From sequence record NC_061418.1: a DNA stretch of 64,000 nucleotides; one strand, written 5' to 3'. The translations under genes were made by a program, and so were the position numbers. This document shows, one piece after another, positions 1 to 9,766 of this stretch; position 1 is the first letter of the stretch; every line of letters starts with the position of its first letter. The notes below the pieces were generated by a model that had not been told where the DNA came from, made no database searches, and was given only the letters and a program-made list of their open reading frames with translations.

Positions 1-145
1 CAACGCCGAAAGAAAAAATGGTCAGGTCTACATTTTTATCGAGTGTAGCAATACTACTCAACGGGATATTTAATAACTGAGAGAACATTTCTGCGCTTGA
101 CTGAACAGACGTCGTTCCGGATGGTTGGATGAAATTGGTTTGCAT
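1..145 (-). CDS. Tailspike/tail fibre protein, 5' part only (runs off the window start)
   Basis: Not in the ORF track. ATG at 145 with AAAGGA upstream; open to position 1: MQTNFIQPSGTTSVQSSAEMFSQLLNIPLSSIATLDKNVDLTIFSFGV. The QPxGxTS start resembles the N-termini of Kuttervirus/Erwinia-phage tailspikes. Confidence 0.6.
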   Translation of the reverse strand, partial: MQTNFIQPSGTTSVQSSAEMFSQLLNIPLSSIATLDKNVDLTIFSFGV

Positions 146-180
146 TTAATTGAATTCCTTTAGGCATCAAGAAAGAATAA

Positions 181-208
181 AAGAGGGAAAGGTTTTCCTT
201 TCCCTCTT
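181..208 (-). terminator. Intrinsic terminator
   Basis: Perfect 12-bp stem AAGAGGGAAAGG/CCTTTCCCTCTT with a 4-nt loop, followed by a T-rich tract on the minus strand, just after the 213..515 stop. Confidence 0.85.
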
Positions 209-212
209 TACG

Positions 213-515
213 TTAACTACCGAGTGTAGCGCCTAACAATAAAGCCAGCTCGCTCTCGGCTTGTTGCAAAATCTTTTCCCCATCCGTCGTCTCAGTCAGG
301 ATTTTAAAGGTCGTTTCTCCCGGAGAAAATTCATCTGCTTCAATACTGAAATAAACTTCCGCGGTATCTCCGACAAATTTCCCGCCGTAGTTTATGCTCA
401 GCGCAGTGTATGTTAAAGAAATTGTTCTTGGAATAGGGTTGCTGAACATCCCGAATTCTTCGACAGATTCTTTAACAAAGACCTCTTTCGTTATTGTAAA
501 ACTCATTGTGAGCAT
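213..515 (-). CDS. Small tailspike-associated protein (possible assembly chaperone)
   Basis: 100-aa ORF starting 3 nt after the tailspike stop. Its MSFTITK... start resembles small proteins found downstream of enterobacterial tailspikes. Function inferred from position. Confidence 0.55.
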   Translation of the reverse strand: MLTMSFTITKEVFVKESVEEFGMFSNPIPRTISLTYTALSINYGGKFVGDTAEVYFSIEADEFSPGETTFKILTETTDGEKILQQAESELALLLGATLGS

Positions 516-518
516 TCC

Positions 519-3167
519 TTAGAGTTGAGTGATTTCAATTTCAATCCCGTAGACATTCCCCGCAACAGCAGTATCGGTGTTTTGGGACGTCCCGCGATAT
601 AAGGCTGGAGGGATAACAATGTCAAAACACTGTCCATTGTTTGCTGAGAAATATCCCGCTTGCATACCCATGTAGGTTTGTGCATAAATCGTGTTTGTCG
701 TGAAAGACGAATAAGGAGATAATGTCGTCGTATAAACACTATTTGACAGCGTAGTCTCTGCTTTTAATTTTTCGTGTTCAATGACCGAAGCAACATAACT
801 TTGACCCTGGGTACTAACAGTATACGTTCTACTGTTGACGTGGTTAGAGCCATTTATTCTGATTTCAACCTTGAAGGTACTGTTCACGGGCAAATTCGTG
901 ACCCTGATAATTCCGTTATCAGTTGTAGCCGTTGCTGTTGAGGTTAGGCTGGTTCGATAACATATACGGGCTCCCTTGGTCTGGATTGGGGAACGCGCAC
1001 CGTATGGCGAATTGCCGTAGTTACAGCGCCCATATGTATACGTACTCCCATCAGATGTCGGGTACGCAAGATTATCCCAGGCCGGATAACTGTTAACATT
1101 ACCCGCTGTAGGAACAATAAGGACTCCGTCCGTATAGCCGAATTGGTTATCATCATTTTGCCATCTAACATCAACGCAACTGTTCAATGTTTCCGTAACG
1201 AAGGTTCTGACCAACGTACCGAAGTTAGATTGTTTAAGGCCATCAAAACGGGTTTGTACTTCTCCCTGCACAAAACCAGAATAAGCCCTGACGTAGAAAA
1301 TTATTTGGGGATCGTTCGCATAAGTTACCCCTATCCAGCCGCCAACATCGAAATGACTAGAGTACATGAAGGCGCGATCAACGTTATTACCGCCACCTAA
1401 AACAACGGCTTTCGATGCCTTCCCTACCCCAGAACCAAAGTTAAAATAATAACGTTTAACTGTTGTACCGTAGAAACTTTGCCACGCCGATTTCGAATAA
1501 AAGAGGATACCTTGTAAGCAGTGACGAATGTTTAAGTTCTCTGCATAGAAGTTCTCTGTCCAAGAAATCTCGTTACAAACCACGACGGCCGCCGAAAGAA
1601 CATAACCATGTGCATGGAAGTTCTTGAGTTCATTACCCCAACCATCTGCGAACCGGACAAAGTGAAGCGGATTGACCGTATCGGTGCAATAAGCGTAAAT
1701 TCCGGACAGTTTACCTGGGTTCCAACAAGGAGCCCCTGCTACGGTATTGAAGAATTTAATACCGTAGGTTTCCCCACCTGTCTTAAACTTATGATTTAAC
1801 TGGACAGAATCCATCCCCGTCCCATCACCGCCACGAATGTGCAATGGGCATTTGGTGACGTCAACTGCGACGCTGCCATAAAACGTGTACATGGTATTGG
1901 AAGGTGGGATAGTAATCAATGTGATATTTTTCAGGCGACTGAATGCTACGGCAGCGGTAAGTGCGTTCGTAATATCAGAGCCTGCAATCACTCCGTAATT
2001 AGCGAGGTTGATTTCGTTATTGATAACAATACGTTCCCAATAATACCCGGTACCGGAAGCAATTGAACCACCGTCATCAACTCCCGCGGCGAGATGACCG
2101 ATAAAATAACCTGCTCCAGAAACACTTCCGGAGTAATAACCTTTCAGGTAGATCTTTTCTCCCTCAAAGGCAGGTTTACGTGACCGTAATGCATCAAAAG
2201 ATTCTACGCCGTAAAATCCCTGTGCGACTTGATCAAGGTTGATACCATAACTAGTGTTAATTTTGGTCGCACCAGTGCTGAGCGCTAACGTTGCCAACAC
2301 TTCCGCCGGCGTACCCGATACACTGACGGTAATCTCCGCACGGGAGCCGCCCAGAATGACTTCGACAATGTCATTCGTACTGAGTGCCTTCGCCAGCGAA
2401 ATAGTAGTGCTGTTCAATACCTCAAAGTGTTTGTTCAAGATCTGGCGGCTACCGTTAATGTAGATAGCAGTGACGGTCTTAAACGACCACGGCGGCGTTA
2501 ATGTCGTTTCACCGCCTACTGCTGCACCGTCGTTATACAACCAGGAAACATTAACATAATCAGTGATACCCGGTTCTACAGGTGTAACAGGCGTACCCGG
2601 ATAAGGGCGCGTGTATAATACAACAGTTGCACCTGCTGTCAATGGTCCTGCTAGTTTGACTTTGTTGGTTTCATTATCAAAAGTATAGTTGGTCCCTTTA
2701 ATCTGATGACTTCCGTTAAGGAACATTTCACCTATATCGAAACAATCAAAAGGGATCCCAATCTCAGTTTCACCGCCGACAGCAGAACCGTTATTGTACA
2801 CGTAAGAGACGTAAGAAGTATACGCACCAAACTGACCACCGCCAATCAATTTCCCGGTACCGTAAATGACCGCTGTACCGTTTTTGTATAAAGCGGTAGC
2901 AGAAGCTCCATTGACGTTAACGAAGGCTGCTACGTAGTGCCGAGTGTCGTCTGTGAAGACGTAGAAAATCTCGTCTTTAACGGTATTGGAAATACCGTTT
3001 GCGATGGACGAGTAAGCGTTTTCAAATAAAAGATTAGCACGGATGTCATTAAGAGAAACGCGATAAGTTTCGTTCGTTTGCCCCGCTAATGCGACGGGTA
3101 AAACTGCAGATTCAGGGACTTTCCCTGTACTGACTAATTCAGAAATCTTTTTGCTGTAATTGCTCAT
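519..3167 (-). CDS. Tailspike A: shared anchor, two XD-like branching modules, neck module and beta-helix-type body
   Basis: Start moved to the ATG at 3167 (GAGG RBS). Contains the KISEL..FENAY anchor, two YNxGxAVGGET...NGSxQ modules, the GVESFDALR..DDGGSIASG..YWERI neck, and a putative beta-helical enzymatic region. Confidence 0.85.
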   Translation of the reverse strand: MSNYSKKISELVSTGKVPESAVLPVALAGQTNETYRVSLNDIRANLLFENAYSSIANGISNTVKDEIFYVFTDDTRHYVAAFVNVNGASATALYKNGTAVIYGTGKLIGGGQFGAYTSYVSYVYNNGSAVGGETEIGIPFDCFDIGEMFLNGSHQIKGTNYTFDNETNKVKLAGPLTAGATVVLYTRPYPGTPVTPVEPGITDYVNVSWLYNDGAAVGGETTLTPPWSFKTVTAIYINGSRQILNKHFEVLNSTTISLAKALSTNDIVEVILGGSRAEITVSVSGTPAEVLATLALSTGATKINTSYGINLDQVAQGFYGVESFDALRSRKPAFEGEKIYLKGYYSGSVSGAGYFIGHLAAGVDDGGSIASGTGYYWERIVINNEINLANYGVIAGSDITNALTAAVAFSRLKNITLITIPPSNTMYTFYGSVAVDVTKCPLHIRGGDGTGMDSVQLNHKFKTGGETYGIKFFNTVAGAPCWNPGKLSGIYAYCTDTVNPLHFVRFADGWGNELKNFHAHGYVLSAAVVVCNEISWTENFYAENLNIRHCLQGILFYSKSAWQSFYGTTVKRYYFNFGSGVGKASKAVVLGGGNNVDRAFMYSSHFDVGGWIGVTYANDPQIIFYVRAYSGFVQGEVQTRFDGLKQSNFGTLVRTFVTETLNSCVDVRWQNDDNQFGYTDGVLIVPTAGNVNSYPAWDNLAYPTSDGSTYTYGRCNYGNSPYGARSPIQTKGARICYRTSLTSTATATTDNGIIRVTNLPVNSTFKVEIRINGSNHVNSRTYTVSTQGQSYVASVIEHEKLKAETTLSNSVYTTTLSPYSSFTTNTIYAQTYMGMQAGYFSANNGQCFDIVIPPALYRGTSQNTDTAVAGNVYGIEIEITQL

Positions 3168-3205
3168 TGCAAGAAACCTCGTCTTAGGCAATGGGGAGGA
3201 AAATA

Positions 3206-3220
3206 GTCATAGGAAAACAA
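3206..3220 (-). promoter_or_regulatory. Putative late promoter (TATG type)
   Basis: TTGTTTTCCTATGAC on the minus strand, a variant of the motif in front of the other tailspikes. phiKZ late promoters carry TATG. Confidence 0.5.
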
Positions 3221-3221
3221 A

Positions 3222-3249
3222 TAGAGAGGAGCCAAAAGGCTCCTCTCTA
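3222..3249 (-). terminator. Intrinsic terminator
   Basis: Perfect 12-bp stem TAGAGAGGAGCC/GGCTCCTCTCTA after the stop of 3275..4999. Confidence 0.85.
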
Positions 3250-3274
3250 TAGTTTAAGATCTAGGATGTTATCA

Positions 3275-4999
3275 TTAATTTTGTTCGTACCACTTACCAT
3301 TAAAATAGTTAAACGTAACAATTTCATTTAAAGTAAGAGTGCGAGATGCGGATCCTTTCAAAACAATGGTGCTGTTATTGGCTAACGTAACGTTAGTATT
3401 CGCTGCATGGACCTTGATCTCTTGGGTATTGACGCCCCCAGTAAAGTTAGTTATTGTAGTAGCGGAACTCATGTTAAGGTACAAATAAGAAATACCATCA
3501 ACGGCTAAAGTGGTGCCCGATGTAAAAACCATGGATTTTTTAGACATGTTAAAAGGGCTGCCTAAATAATCATTGTTCTTATATTTTTGAGTACCTACTG
3601 CGGCTTGTACGTTTGGGGCGACCCAGTTATTCCATTGACTGTTAGATGAAGTTGTATCGTTAATCCCGTATCTTGGTGTAGTGCCATCTTGAGAATAAAC
3701 GCCAGCACCGACAAAAGTATTCAAAACACCGGAGACCGAGAAGCCATCATGGGTGTTAGCTGCGGCGGAACCGATACCAATTGCAGTAGGGTTACTGAAA
3801 GTGTTCGTTGAGCCAGTAACAACGAAACCATCACCCATACATCTATCTGCACGCGCCCCTGAAAAACGAGACCGCGTGCCATCGACGTAAATCCCGATTT
3901 CACCAAACTCACCGATAGTATCAGTGATGAAATGATTACTACCGCCGATCCTGAGAGCAACTGCCAATTTATTACCAGCTATAGTACTAAAACCACTTTG
4001 TCCATTAGCTTCGATTCTGAATAAGAAATGATCTGTCCCTAATATATCAACTGCCCCTTTCAATGTAGTGAAATTAGCTCTGTCATACATTGTGTTTAAA
4101 ACAATGATGTCCTGGATTACACAAGCTATAGAGCTAGAGAGGAGGCGTATACCTTGATTCTTTGTACTGTTAACGCCTACATGACTAATTACACAATTGC
4201 CTGAGGCTACTTCTATTCCACAGTCCAAATTAGCCGAACCAATAATAGTTATATTTCTGATGGCTGAGCTATAACCATTAACTACAATACCGCGACCAGA
4301 ATGTGTACACTTAATCGCAGAAGGATCATTCTGTGAATAATTACGCATTCCGTTGATACCAGAAAGATGGTGTCCAGAAGGAATTATAATTTCTTTGCCA
4401 GAGATCCATAACCCTTCGGAAATTTCACAATGGGTCGCGTCAGAAAGAACTTCATTGATCAAGTCACCAAAATCATCGGTGCTAACTCTTAACTTAATAT
4501 CATTGTACTTATTTTTTGTAACTGCGCGAGCTAGTTCAAATTTAGAACCATTACGCATGTCCGATAAAGTAGGTAAATAAAGTCCACCTACGTAATCCGC
4601 AAAACGTAAACTATCAACATCGGATGATAAGGTGGTCGGTAATGTTGCAATTGAACGCACTTGTCTACTTGTTGGTAATCTGACTTGTTCATTGTCATAA
4701 CCCAGAATAGGATTAGCCACACCACTATTATTTTGGTATTGCAACACCCACAATTTCGCCGCGCTTTCATAGACGAAAAATACGTCCCCTGACGCGGTTC
4801 CGTTCAGGCCCGCATCCACAGACAGGAAAGCGTTCTCGAAACCCAGCGTTTGACGAAGGTCGTTAATTTTGGTGGATTTAGTGAAAGGAACCCCTGCACT
4901 GGTTTTGGCGTTAATCGGGACGACGTCATTCTCTTTGATGACGCCTGCGTCACCGAGTTCAGAAATTTTGATTCCGATAGAATCTGAAGTCTTAGGCAT
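3275..4999 (-). CDS. Tailspike B / polysaccharide depolymerase (right-handed beta-helix)
   Basis: Shared KISEL/FENAF anchor; parallel beta-helix-like repeats (IRNITI, ISHVGV, IQDIIV, GDGFVVTG); short beta-rich C-terminal domain. Confidence 0.85.
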   Translation of the reverse strand: MPKTSDSIGIKISELGDAGVIKENDVVPINAKTSAGVPFTKSTKINDLRQTLGFENAFLSVDAGLNGTASGDVFFVYESAAKLWVLQYQNNSGVANPILGYDNEQVRLPTSRQVRSIATLPTTLSSDVDSLRFADYVGGLYLPTLSDMRNGSKFELARAVTKNKYNDIKLRVSTDDFGDLINEVLSDATHCEISEGLWISGKEIIIPSGHHLSGINGMRNYSQNDPSAIKCTHSGRGIVVNGYSSAIRNITIIGSANLDCGIEVASGNCVISHVGVNSTKNQGIRLLSSSIACVIQDIIVLNTMYDRANFTTLKGAVDILGTDHFLFRIEANGQSGFSTIAGNKLAVALRIGGSNHFITDTIGEFGEIGIYVDGTRSRFSGARADRCMGDGFVVTGSTNTFSNPTAIGIGSAAANTHDGFSVSGVLNTFVGAGVYSQDGTTPRYGINDTTSSNSQWNNWVAPNVQAAVGTQKYKNNDYLGSPFNMSKKSMVFTSGTTLAVDGISYLYLNMSSATTITNFTGGVNTQEIKVHAANTNVTLANNSTIVLKGSASRTLTLNEIVTFNYFNGKWYEQN

Positions 5000-5024
5000 T
5001 ATACTACCCTCAAGTGAAAGAATC

Positions 5025-5037
5025 TCATACGAAACAA
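5025..5037 (-). promoter_or_regulatory. Putative late promoter
   Basis: TTGTTTCGTATGA on the minus strand, 26 nt upstream of the 4999 start. Confidence 0.6.
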
Positions 5038-5069
5038 AAGAGAAGAGGGTCGTAGCCCTCTTCTCTTTT
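5036..5069 (-). terminator. Intrinsic terminator
   Basis: AAAAGAGAAGAGGG/CCCTCTTCTCTTTT inverted repeat directly after the 5075 stop. Confidence 0.85.
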
Positions 5070-5074
5070 TTAGA

Positions 5075-7288
5075 TTACCAACTAGAAAGAGCAGCTCTTA
5101 CCCAAGTATTAGTTGCAATACAAACGTAGTAATAACTACTATCAGCCGCCCATTGTCCTACAGTACCGGGAGCTGTTGCATTAGCAGGTACTGCGACTTT
5201 AACGCCAACTGGATTCCCTGCCACGGTAACGGCTCTTGAAAAATAACCATCCCGCCACTGAAGAGCACTTGTCCCAAAATCATAAAGGTTCGTCGCATTA
5301 GGGACTACTGTCCCCATGAAGTTGAACTGACTGGCGCCTCCGTTAGCAACAAAATTCATACCGGATAAATAACTGGTTAATGTCATCGGTCCGGTGTTAC
5401 CAAGTAAGATTCTACCCCCTAAAGTCGTGTTACCGTAAGGATAAAAATCCAGTCTCCTGTCTCCACTTGTAGTGTTATTATTTCCTATTTGGAGAATATT
5501 ACCACTGGAGATAGAGGCTGTTGTTTTAATAAGGTAACCGCTTATCGTCCCATCCTGAGCCACCGAAAGAATAGGTGTTGTCGGGTTGAAAGCACCATCT
5601 GTATTGGTGTAATAAATAGAAAGGGCGCTGTTATTATCGCTATCCACATCGATAATAAATTTTCTCGTCGCTACTTTGACGTCGTTAATGATCAGGCCGC
5701 TAGTAATTCTTCTCGTAAAGTTATTGATGGCGCAGTTTATCAGCTGATAAGCTCTTTTACCTTGTGTACTAGCGCTGACGTCAAAGATAGGGGCTACTGT
5801 AGAGTTACCGGAAACTTCAGAGAATGCGCTGGAGAAATAACAGCTATCGAAAACACGCCCGGTATTAGTACTTGTACCAAATCTAATCATTGGTACGTGG
5901 ACAGCGCTGTCATAACCAACTGCGGACTTCCTTAAAGTTTGGAAAGTACATCCAGTGAATTTAATAATCCCTTGGTTGATGAATCCTAATTCGTAAGTGC
6001 CCGCTGAATCTGTTCCGCCAGAACCATTATCGGTAAAAATTACTGTATCGAAATTAAACTGCGTACCGCCGCCCAAATTAAACCATTTTGCACCGTAGAA
6101 GTGAGTCTCAATATGACCGCCTTCAAATTTAATGTTGTGGTGCGTACTGGAGGTAGGAGTTGGGTCTACTTTAATAGCTACGTAGTTTTTAGTGTACGTC
6201 GTTTCAATGTGTGGCCTGATGAACACAATGTTGTTGGAGTTGTCCGTGGCCTGAGGTAAGAAATGAATCCCTGTCGCAGGATTGTTTGTATCATTATCAT
6301 CAACGGCAACAAACCCAGTCATGTAGATACAGTCGAAAACCGCATCGTAACACTGACCGAATGTTAAAGCTTTAGTGGGCGACATGAAGTTAAGGTTTGA
6401 AAATCTTCCACCAACAGCCATTGAGTTAGCGGTTACTTCACTTCCGAGTTTAATGTAATAAGCAAAAATGCCCGGTTCTTTAATAAACGTTAACCCGTCC
6501 ATTTCAAGGCGCCCGCCCGTGAAAGTAAAGAGAAAATCTTTATTCACGTTAGAAGAAATATAAGCACCTTTTCCTAGAATCCTAAACCTTGGTTTTCCAG
6601 TCTCATAGCTGATAGCGCTTAAGTCTTTAACTATTTTACTGTCGAGTCGATATTTACCTGGCGGGAAAAATAACCACCCCGAGGCATATCGTTGAGCGTT
6701 AGAGATATTGATTTCTTTTTGATAAATACATTTATCTATTGCTGCGCTAACTGCCGGAGACCAATCCCAAGTAGAGGGGTCATTAGGATTATCTTTTTTG
6801 GTGACTAGACTTGAAAACTCCCAAATATTGATAGGTAGGCTATTTAATGCTTTAGCCGCGCTCTCCGCGCTTAACTCGATCTCTTTACGTTGATAGCCAA
6901 CTTCATCAGCTCCATTATTAGACATAATTCCATCAACGTCACCACGTATTACTTTTATACCGTAACCGGTATAATTAATTTTAGCAGTACCGTCCGAGTT
7001 AAAAATCTGTTCTGCAACTCCGTTGCGGTTGACATATGCTTTAACTGTCGTTTTTTCTGCATCGACATAAACGTAGAAAATTTGATTAGGGACAGTACCC
7101 GCAAGACCCGCTACTGTCGTAGTGAATGCGTTTTCGAAATTTAGCAGGGAGCGTAAATCAGAAATCTCCATCGCTTTAGATTCGGTTATTCCCGCTTCAT
7201 TCTGAGCGATAAATACGACATCAGAATCATTTACCGGTTTCGATGGTCGATCCATTTCACTGAGTTTTACAAAGATCTCACTGGCCAT
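5075..7288 (-). CDS. Tailspike C / depolymerase
   Basis: Shared anchor (KLSEM..FENAF); pectate-lyase-3-like start (DWSPAVSAAI...LFFPPGKY); C-terminal PANATAPGTVGQWAADSSYYYVCIATNTWVRAAL motif typical of phage fibre trimer modules. Confidence 0.85.
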   Translation of the reverse strand: MASEIFVKLSEMDRPSKPVNDSDVVFIAQNEAGITESKAMEISDLRSLLNFENAFTTTVAGLAGTVPNQIFYVYVDAEKTTVKAYVNRNGVAEQIFNSDGTAKINYTGYGIKVIRGDVDGIMSNNGADEVGYQRKEIELSAESAAKALNSLPINIWEFSSLVTKKDNPNDPSTWDWSPAVSAAIDKCIYQKEINISNAQRYASGWLFFPPGKYRLDSKIVKDLSAISYETGKPRFRILGKGAYISSNVNKDFLFTFTGGRLEMDGLTFIKEPGIFAYYIKLGSEVTANSMAVGGRFSNLNFMSPTKALTFGQCYDAVFDCIYMTGFVAVDDNDTNNPATGIHFLPQATDNSNNIVFIRPHIETTYTKNYVAIKVDPTPTSSTHHNIKFEGGHIETHFYGAKWFNLGGGTQFNFDTVIFTDNGSGGTDSAGTYELGFINQGIIKFTGCTFQTLRKSAVGYDSAVHVPMIRFGTSTNTGRVFDSCYFSSAFSEVSGNSTVAPIFDVSASTQGKRAYQLINCAINNFTRRITSGLIINDVKVATRKFIIDVDSDNNSALSIYYTNTDGAFNPTTPILSVAQDGTISGYLIKTTASISSGNILQIGNNNTTSGDRRLDFYPYGNTTLGGRILLGNTGPMTLTSYLSGMNFVANGGASQFNFMGTVVPNATNLYDFGTSALQWRDGYFSRAVTVAGNPVGVKVAVPANATAPGTVGQWAADSSYYYVCIATNTWVRAALSSW

Positions 7289-7323
7289 AATTGTACCTTA
7301 CTTTGTCTCTAATAGTCAATTGT

Positions 7324-7331
7324 ACATACGA
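7324..7331 (-). promoter_or_regulatory. Putative late promoter core
   Basis: TCGTATGT on the minus strand, 36 nt upstream of the 7288 start, in the divergent intergenic region. Confidence 0.45.
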
Positions 7332-7406
7332 TTGACAGCTTGAAAGAATACGTTTCGGTTTATTATACATTAACTAGAGAAGGATGCGGAAAAGCTCCTC
7401 TCTTTT

Positions 7407-7420
7407 TTGTTTCGTATGAC
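7407..7420 (+). promoter_or_regulatory. Putative late promoter
   Basis: TTGTTTCGTATGAC, 28 nt upstream of the ATG at 7448. Confidence 0.6.
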
Positions 7421-7447
7421 CATTTTTATTTACGTTGGAGTTGTGAA

Positions 7448-9493
7448 ATGACCGATATCACTGCATTGAAAATCTCTGAACTATCGCCCAGTTCTAATCC
7501 GTCAGAGAATGCGTTTCTTCCGCTCTCAGAAGCGAACGGAATCGCTTCTGAAAAAGTCAGTATTGGTACCCTCAGAGAAACGTTAGGTTTTGAGAACGCG
7601 TACAGCACGATTGCTGGCGCGCTCAATGTAACTACGGAAGGGAATGTTTTCTTTGTTTACGAAGACAGTACGCGAGACTATGTTTTGGGGTATGTAAACC
7701 AAGGGAACGGAACCTATTCTGCATTAATGTCAGACAGTACGACACAAGTTCGCTACGCGACGAATGCGCATATTGTCAACTCTTTATTCATGTTACAAGG
7801 AGTAGAAAGTTTCGATGCGTTACGTACCCTCAAACCGTGGTACGAAGGACAACGTGTCACGTTGAAGAGTTACTACAAAGACGGGGTTACGGGTGCTGGT
7901 ATCTTCATTGCGCGTTTAGGAGTAAATGCAGATGACAACGGCACGATTGCCGCGGGGAACGGATTCTACTGGCAACGGATTATTTCTGATAAGTTGTCTT
8001 TTGAGGACTTTGGTGCAGTCGGGGGCGGCGTACTGGACGATACTAGTAATATTCAAAAAGCGGTCAACTACTGTGCCAAAAATGGCATTGCACTAACGTG
8101 TTTAGGGAAAGTATACGCGGTCAGTACCGTAAATTTCCCAACCGATTTAGTGATCGATATGCGTAATGCAGTACTTTTGTCGCTGCCCTCTGTTACGACG
8201 GGTTATACCTTAACAATCAGCGGCTATTTGTCACCTGCGGCTAATCCAGGGAAATTTGATAATATTCGCGTTCAGCGTACCTTAATTAATACTCATCAAC
8301 CCGACACTAACAGTGTCGTAGACGGCGTGTCATTTGGTGTCGATGCGCACAATATTTCCTTCTACAATCTTAAGGTCTCTGGGTTTAGGGACGGGGTTTG
8401 TTTTAACGGGAAGAGTGCTTACCTCATTCGTTTATACAGCCCAATCATCGGACAATGTTGGCGCCGAGGGATGGCCTTTTATGCGAATACTGATTCTAAT
8501 GAGAACGTGACTATTTACGGTGGCGTGATTGCAGATTGTTGTAATTTTACTTTCGACGGTACCGGGCTCTACTTATCAGGGAGTGCCTCGAGTATCGATG
8601 TCAGGTTCTTTGGAACCAGTTTTGATTATTGCGACATCTCAGTTGATATTTATCAGTCTAACGTCGAGCTCCACGGTTGTCACTTGGAAAACAATAACAA
8701 CAACCCTCATATTCGACTTTCGTACACCTCAACCAAAAACCAACCCTATCTGATCATGAAAGGGGGAACAATGGGCGGCGGACCGAACGCGAACTCGTGG
8801 AGCGGTATTCCGATAGAAAATAGTACGGGTCGCCCTTACCTCGTCTTCATTACTAACACTGGCGGTGCCCACGTAGATATTGATGGAACTGACACCAGTA
8901 AATACATGACAGGAGTCAGGAGAACTACCGAGATCGTAGGTGTAGAAGGGGATAACTACCAGTTGATCGGGACCTTAAGGGTGAGGAACAAAATGACCTC
9001 TGGAAACATGGATAACGCCAGCCGCCCCATGCGACCTTGTAGTGCTCTTAACGTGATTCTGATCAACCAGTATCAAACTGCCGCATGGACACCGAGTTAC
9101 ACTAACGCAGACCTAACTTATACGATTGATACTACGAATTACTCTAACCCTAATTCACCGCACTCACGAAAAATTACACAAGGAAGCGTACGTAACGTCT
9201 CTTACTGGCAGGACGTGACACTGCGCGGCGGAGATATCTTCCACGCGGAGGCCGAAATCAAAATTACTTCGTTGACGGCTGGTTACGTCGCACTTCGAGT
9301 GGATTTTTACGACTCTGCCGGGAACGTAATACAATCGTCAATCAAATCTGTATCTGCGGTGACGACCGATTGGAATAACGTGTGGGTCTGGTTACGTGCG
9401 CCAAACGGTACAGTCAAGGCAAAAGTTCAAGAGTACTTAAACGGCTTTGTTGGAACAGCATATTTCACCAATGAACACGTTTGGATTTCTTAA
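7448..9493 (+). CDS. Tailspike D / depolymerase with C-terminal carbohydrate-binding-like module
   Basis: Start moved to the ATG at 7448 (GGAG RBS). Anchor, neck, FEDFGAVGGGVLDDTSNIQKA (Pectate_lyase_3-like), and a C-terminal CBM-like beta-sandwich (WQDV...LRVDFYDSAGNVI...TDW...APNG). Confidence 0.88.
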   Translation: MTDITALKISELSPSSNPSENAFLPLSEANGIASEKVSIGTLRETLGFENAYSTIAGALNVTTEGNVFFVYEDSTRDYVLGYVNQGNGTYSALMSDSTTQVRYATNAHIVNSLFMLQGVESFDALRTLKPWYEGQRVTLKSYYKDGVTGAGIFIARLGVNADDNGTIAAGNGFYWQRIISDKLSFEDFGAVGGGVLDDTSNIQKAVNYCAKNGIALTCLGKVYAVSTVNFPTDLVIDMRNAVLLSLPSVTTGYTLTISGYLSPAANPGKFDNIRVQRTLINTHQPDTNSVVDGVSFGVDAHNISFYNLKVSGFRDGVCFNGKSAYLIRLYSPIIGQCWRRGMAFYANTDSNENVTIYGGVIADCCNFTFDGTGLYLSGSASSIDVRFFGTSFDYCDISVDIYQSNVELHGCHLENNNNNPHIRLSYTSTKNQPYLIMKGGTMGGGPNANSWSGIPIENSTGRPYLVFITNTGGAHVDIDGTDTSKYMTGVRRTTEIVGVEGDNYQLIGTLRVRNKMTSGNMDNASRPMRPCSALNVILINQYQTAAWTPSYTNADLTYTIDTTNYSNPNSPHSRKITQGSVRNVSYWQDVTLRGGDIFHAEAEIKITSLTAGYVALRVDFYDSAGNVIQSSIKSVSAVTTDWNNVWVWLRAPNGTVKAKVQEYLNGFVGTAYFTNEHVWIS

Positions 9494-9506
9494 GAAGGAA
9501 CTCACT

Positions 9507-9728
9507 ATGTTTCAAGTAGGCGACACCGTTCGCATCCTTTCTTGTCAAACTCGAGAAGACTTAGTTGGGAAAGAAACGACCATCAGTGCACTGGACGCTA
9601 AACTGAAAGATTTGGCTTGGGCAGATATCTACGGAATGGATCAATATATTTCGGTGGTCATCGATACCGATGCACGGTTTATTGCGGCTCAATTGGAACT
9701 CGTAGCCAGTGACATTGAAGGCTCTTAA
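9507..9728 (+). CDS. Small hypothetical protein (73 aa)
   Basis: ATG at 9507 with an AAGGA RBS; the MFQVGDTVRI start is a KOW/SH3-like pattern; followed by a terminator. Confidence 0.65.
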   Translation: MFQVGDTVRILSCQTREDLVGKETTISALDAKLKDLAWADIYGMDQYISVVIDTDARFIAAQLELVASDIEGS

Positions 9729-9734
9729 GTTATA

Positions 9735-9766
9735 GGCAATGAGGGGACCTAAGTCCCCTCATTGCC
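9735..9766 (+). terminator. Intrinsic terminator
   Basis: Perfect 14-bp stem GGCAATGAGGGGAC/GTCCCCTCATTGCC, then TTGTTT. Confidence 0.85.

Noticed and set aside
3168-3191. Track start MPKTRF for tailspike A, echoing MPKTS of tailspike B
   Set aside because: TTG with no RBS; the ATG at 3167 has GAGG and aligns with the other anchors. Treated as coincidence.
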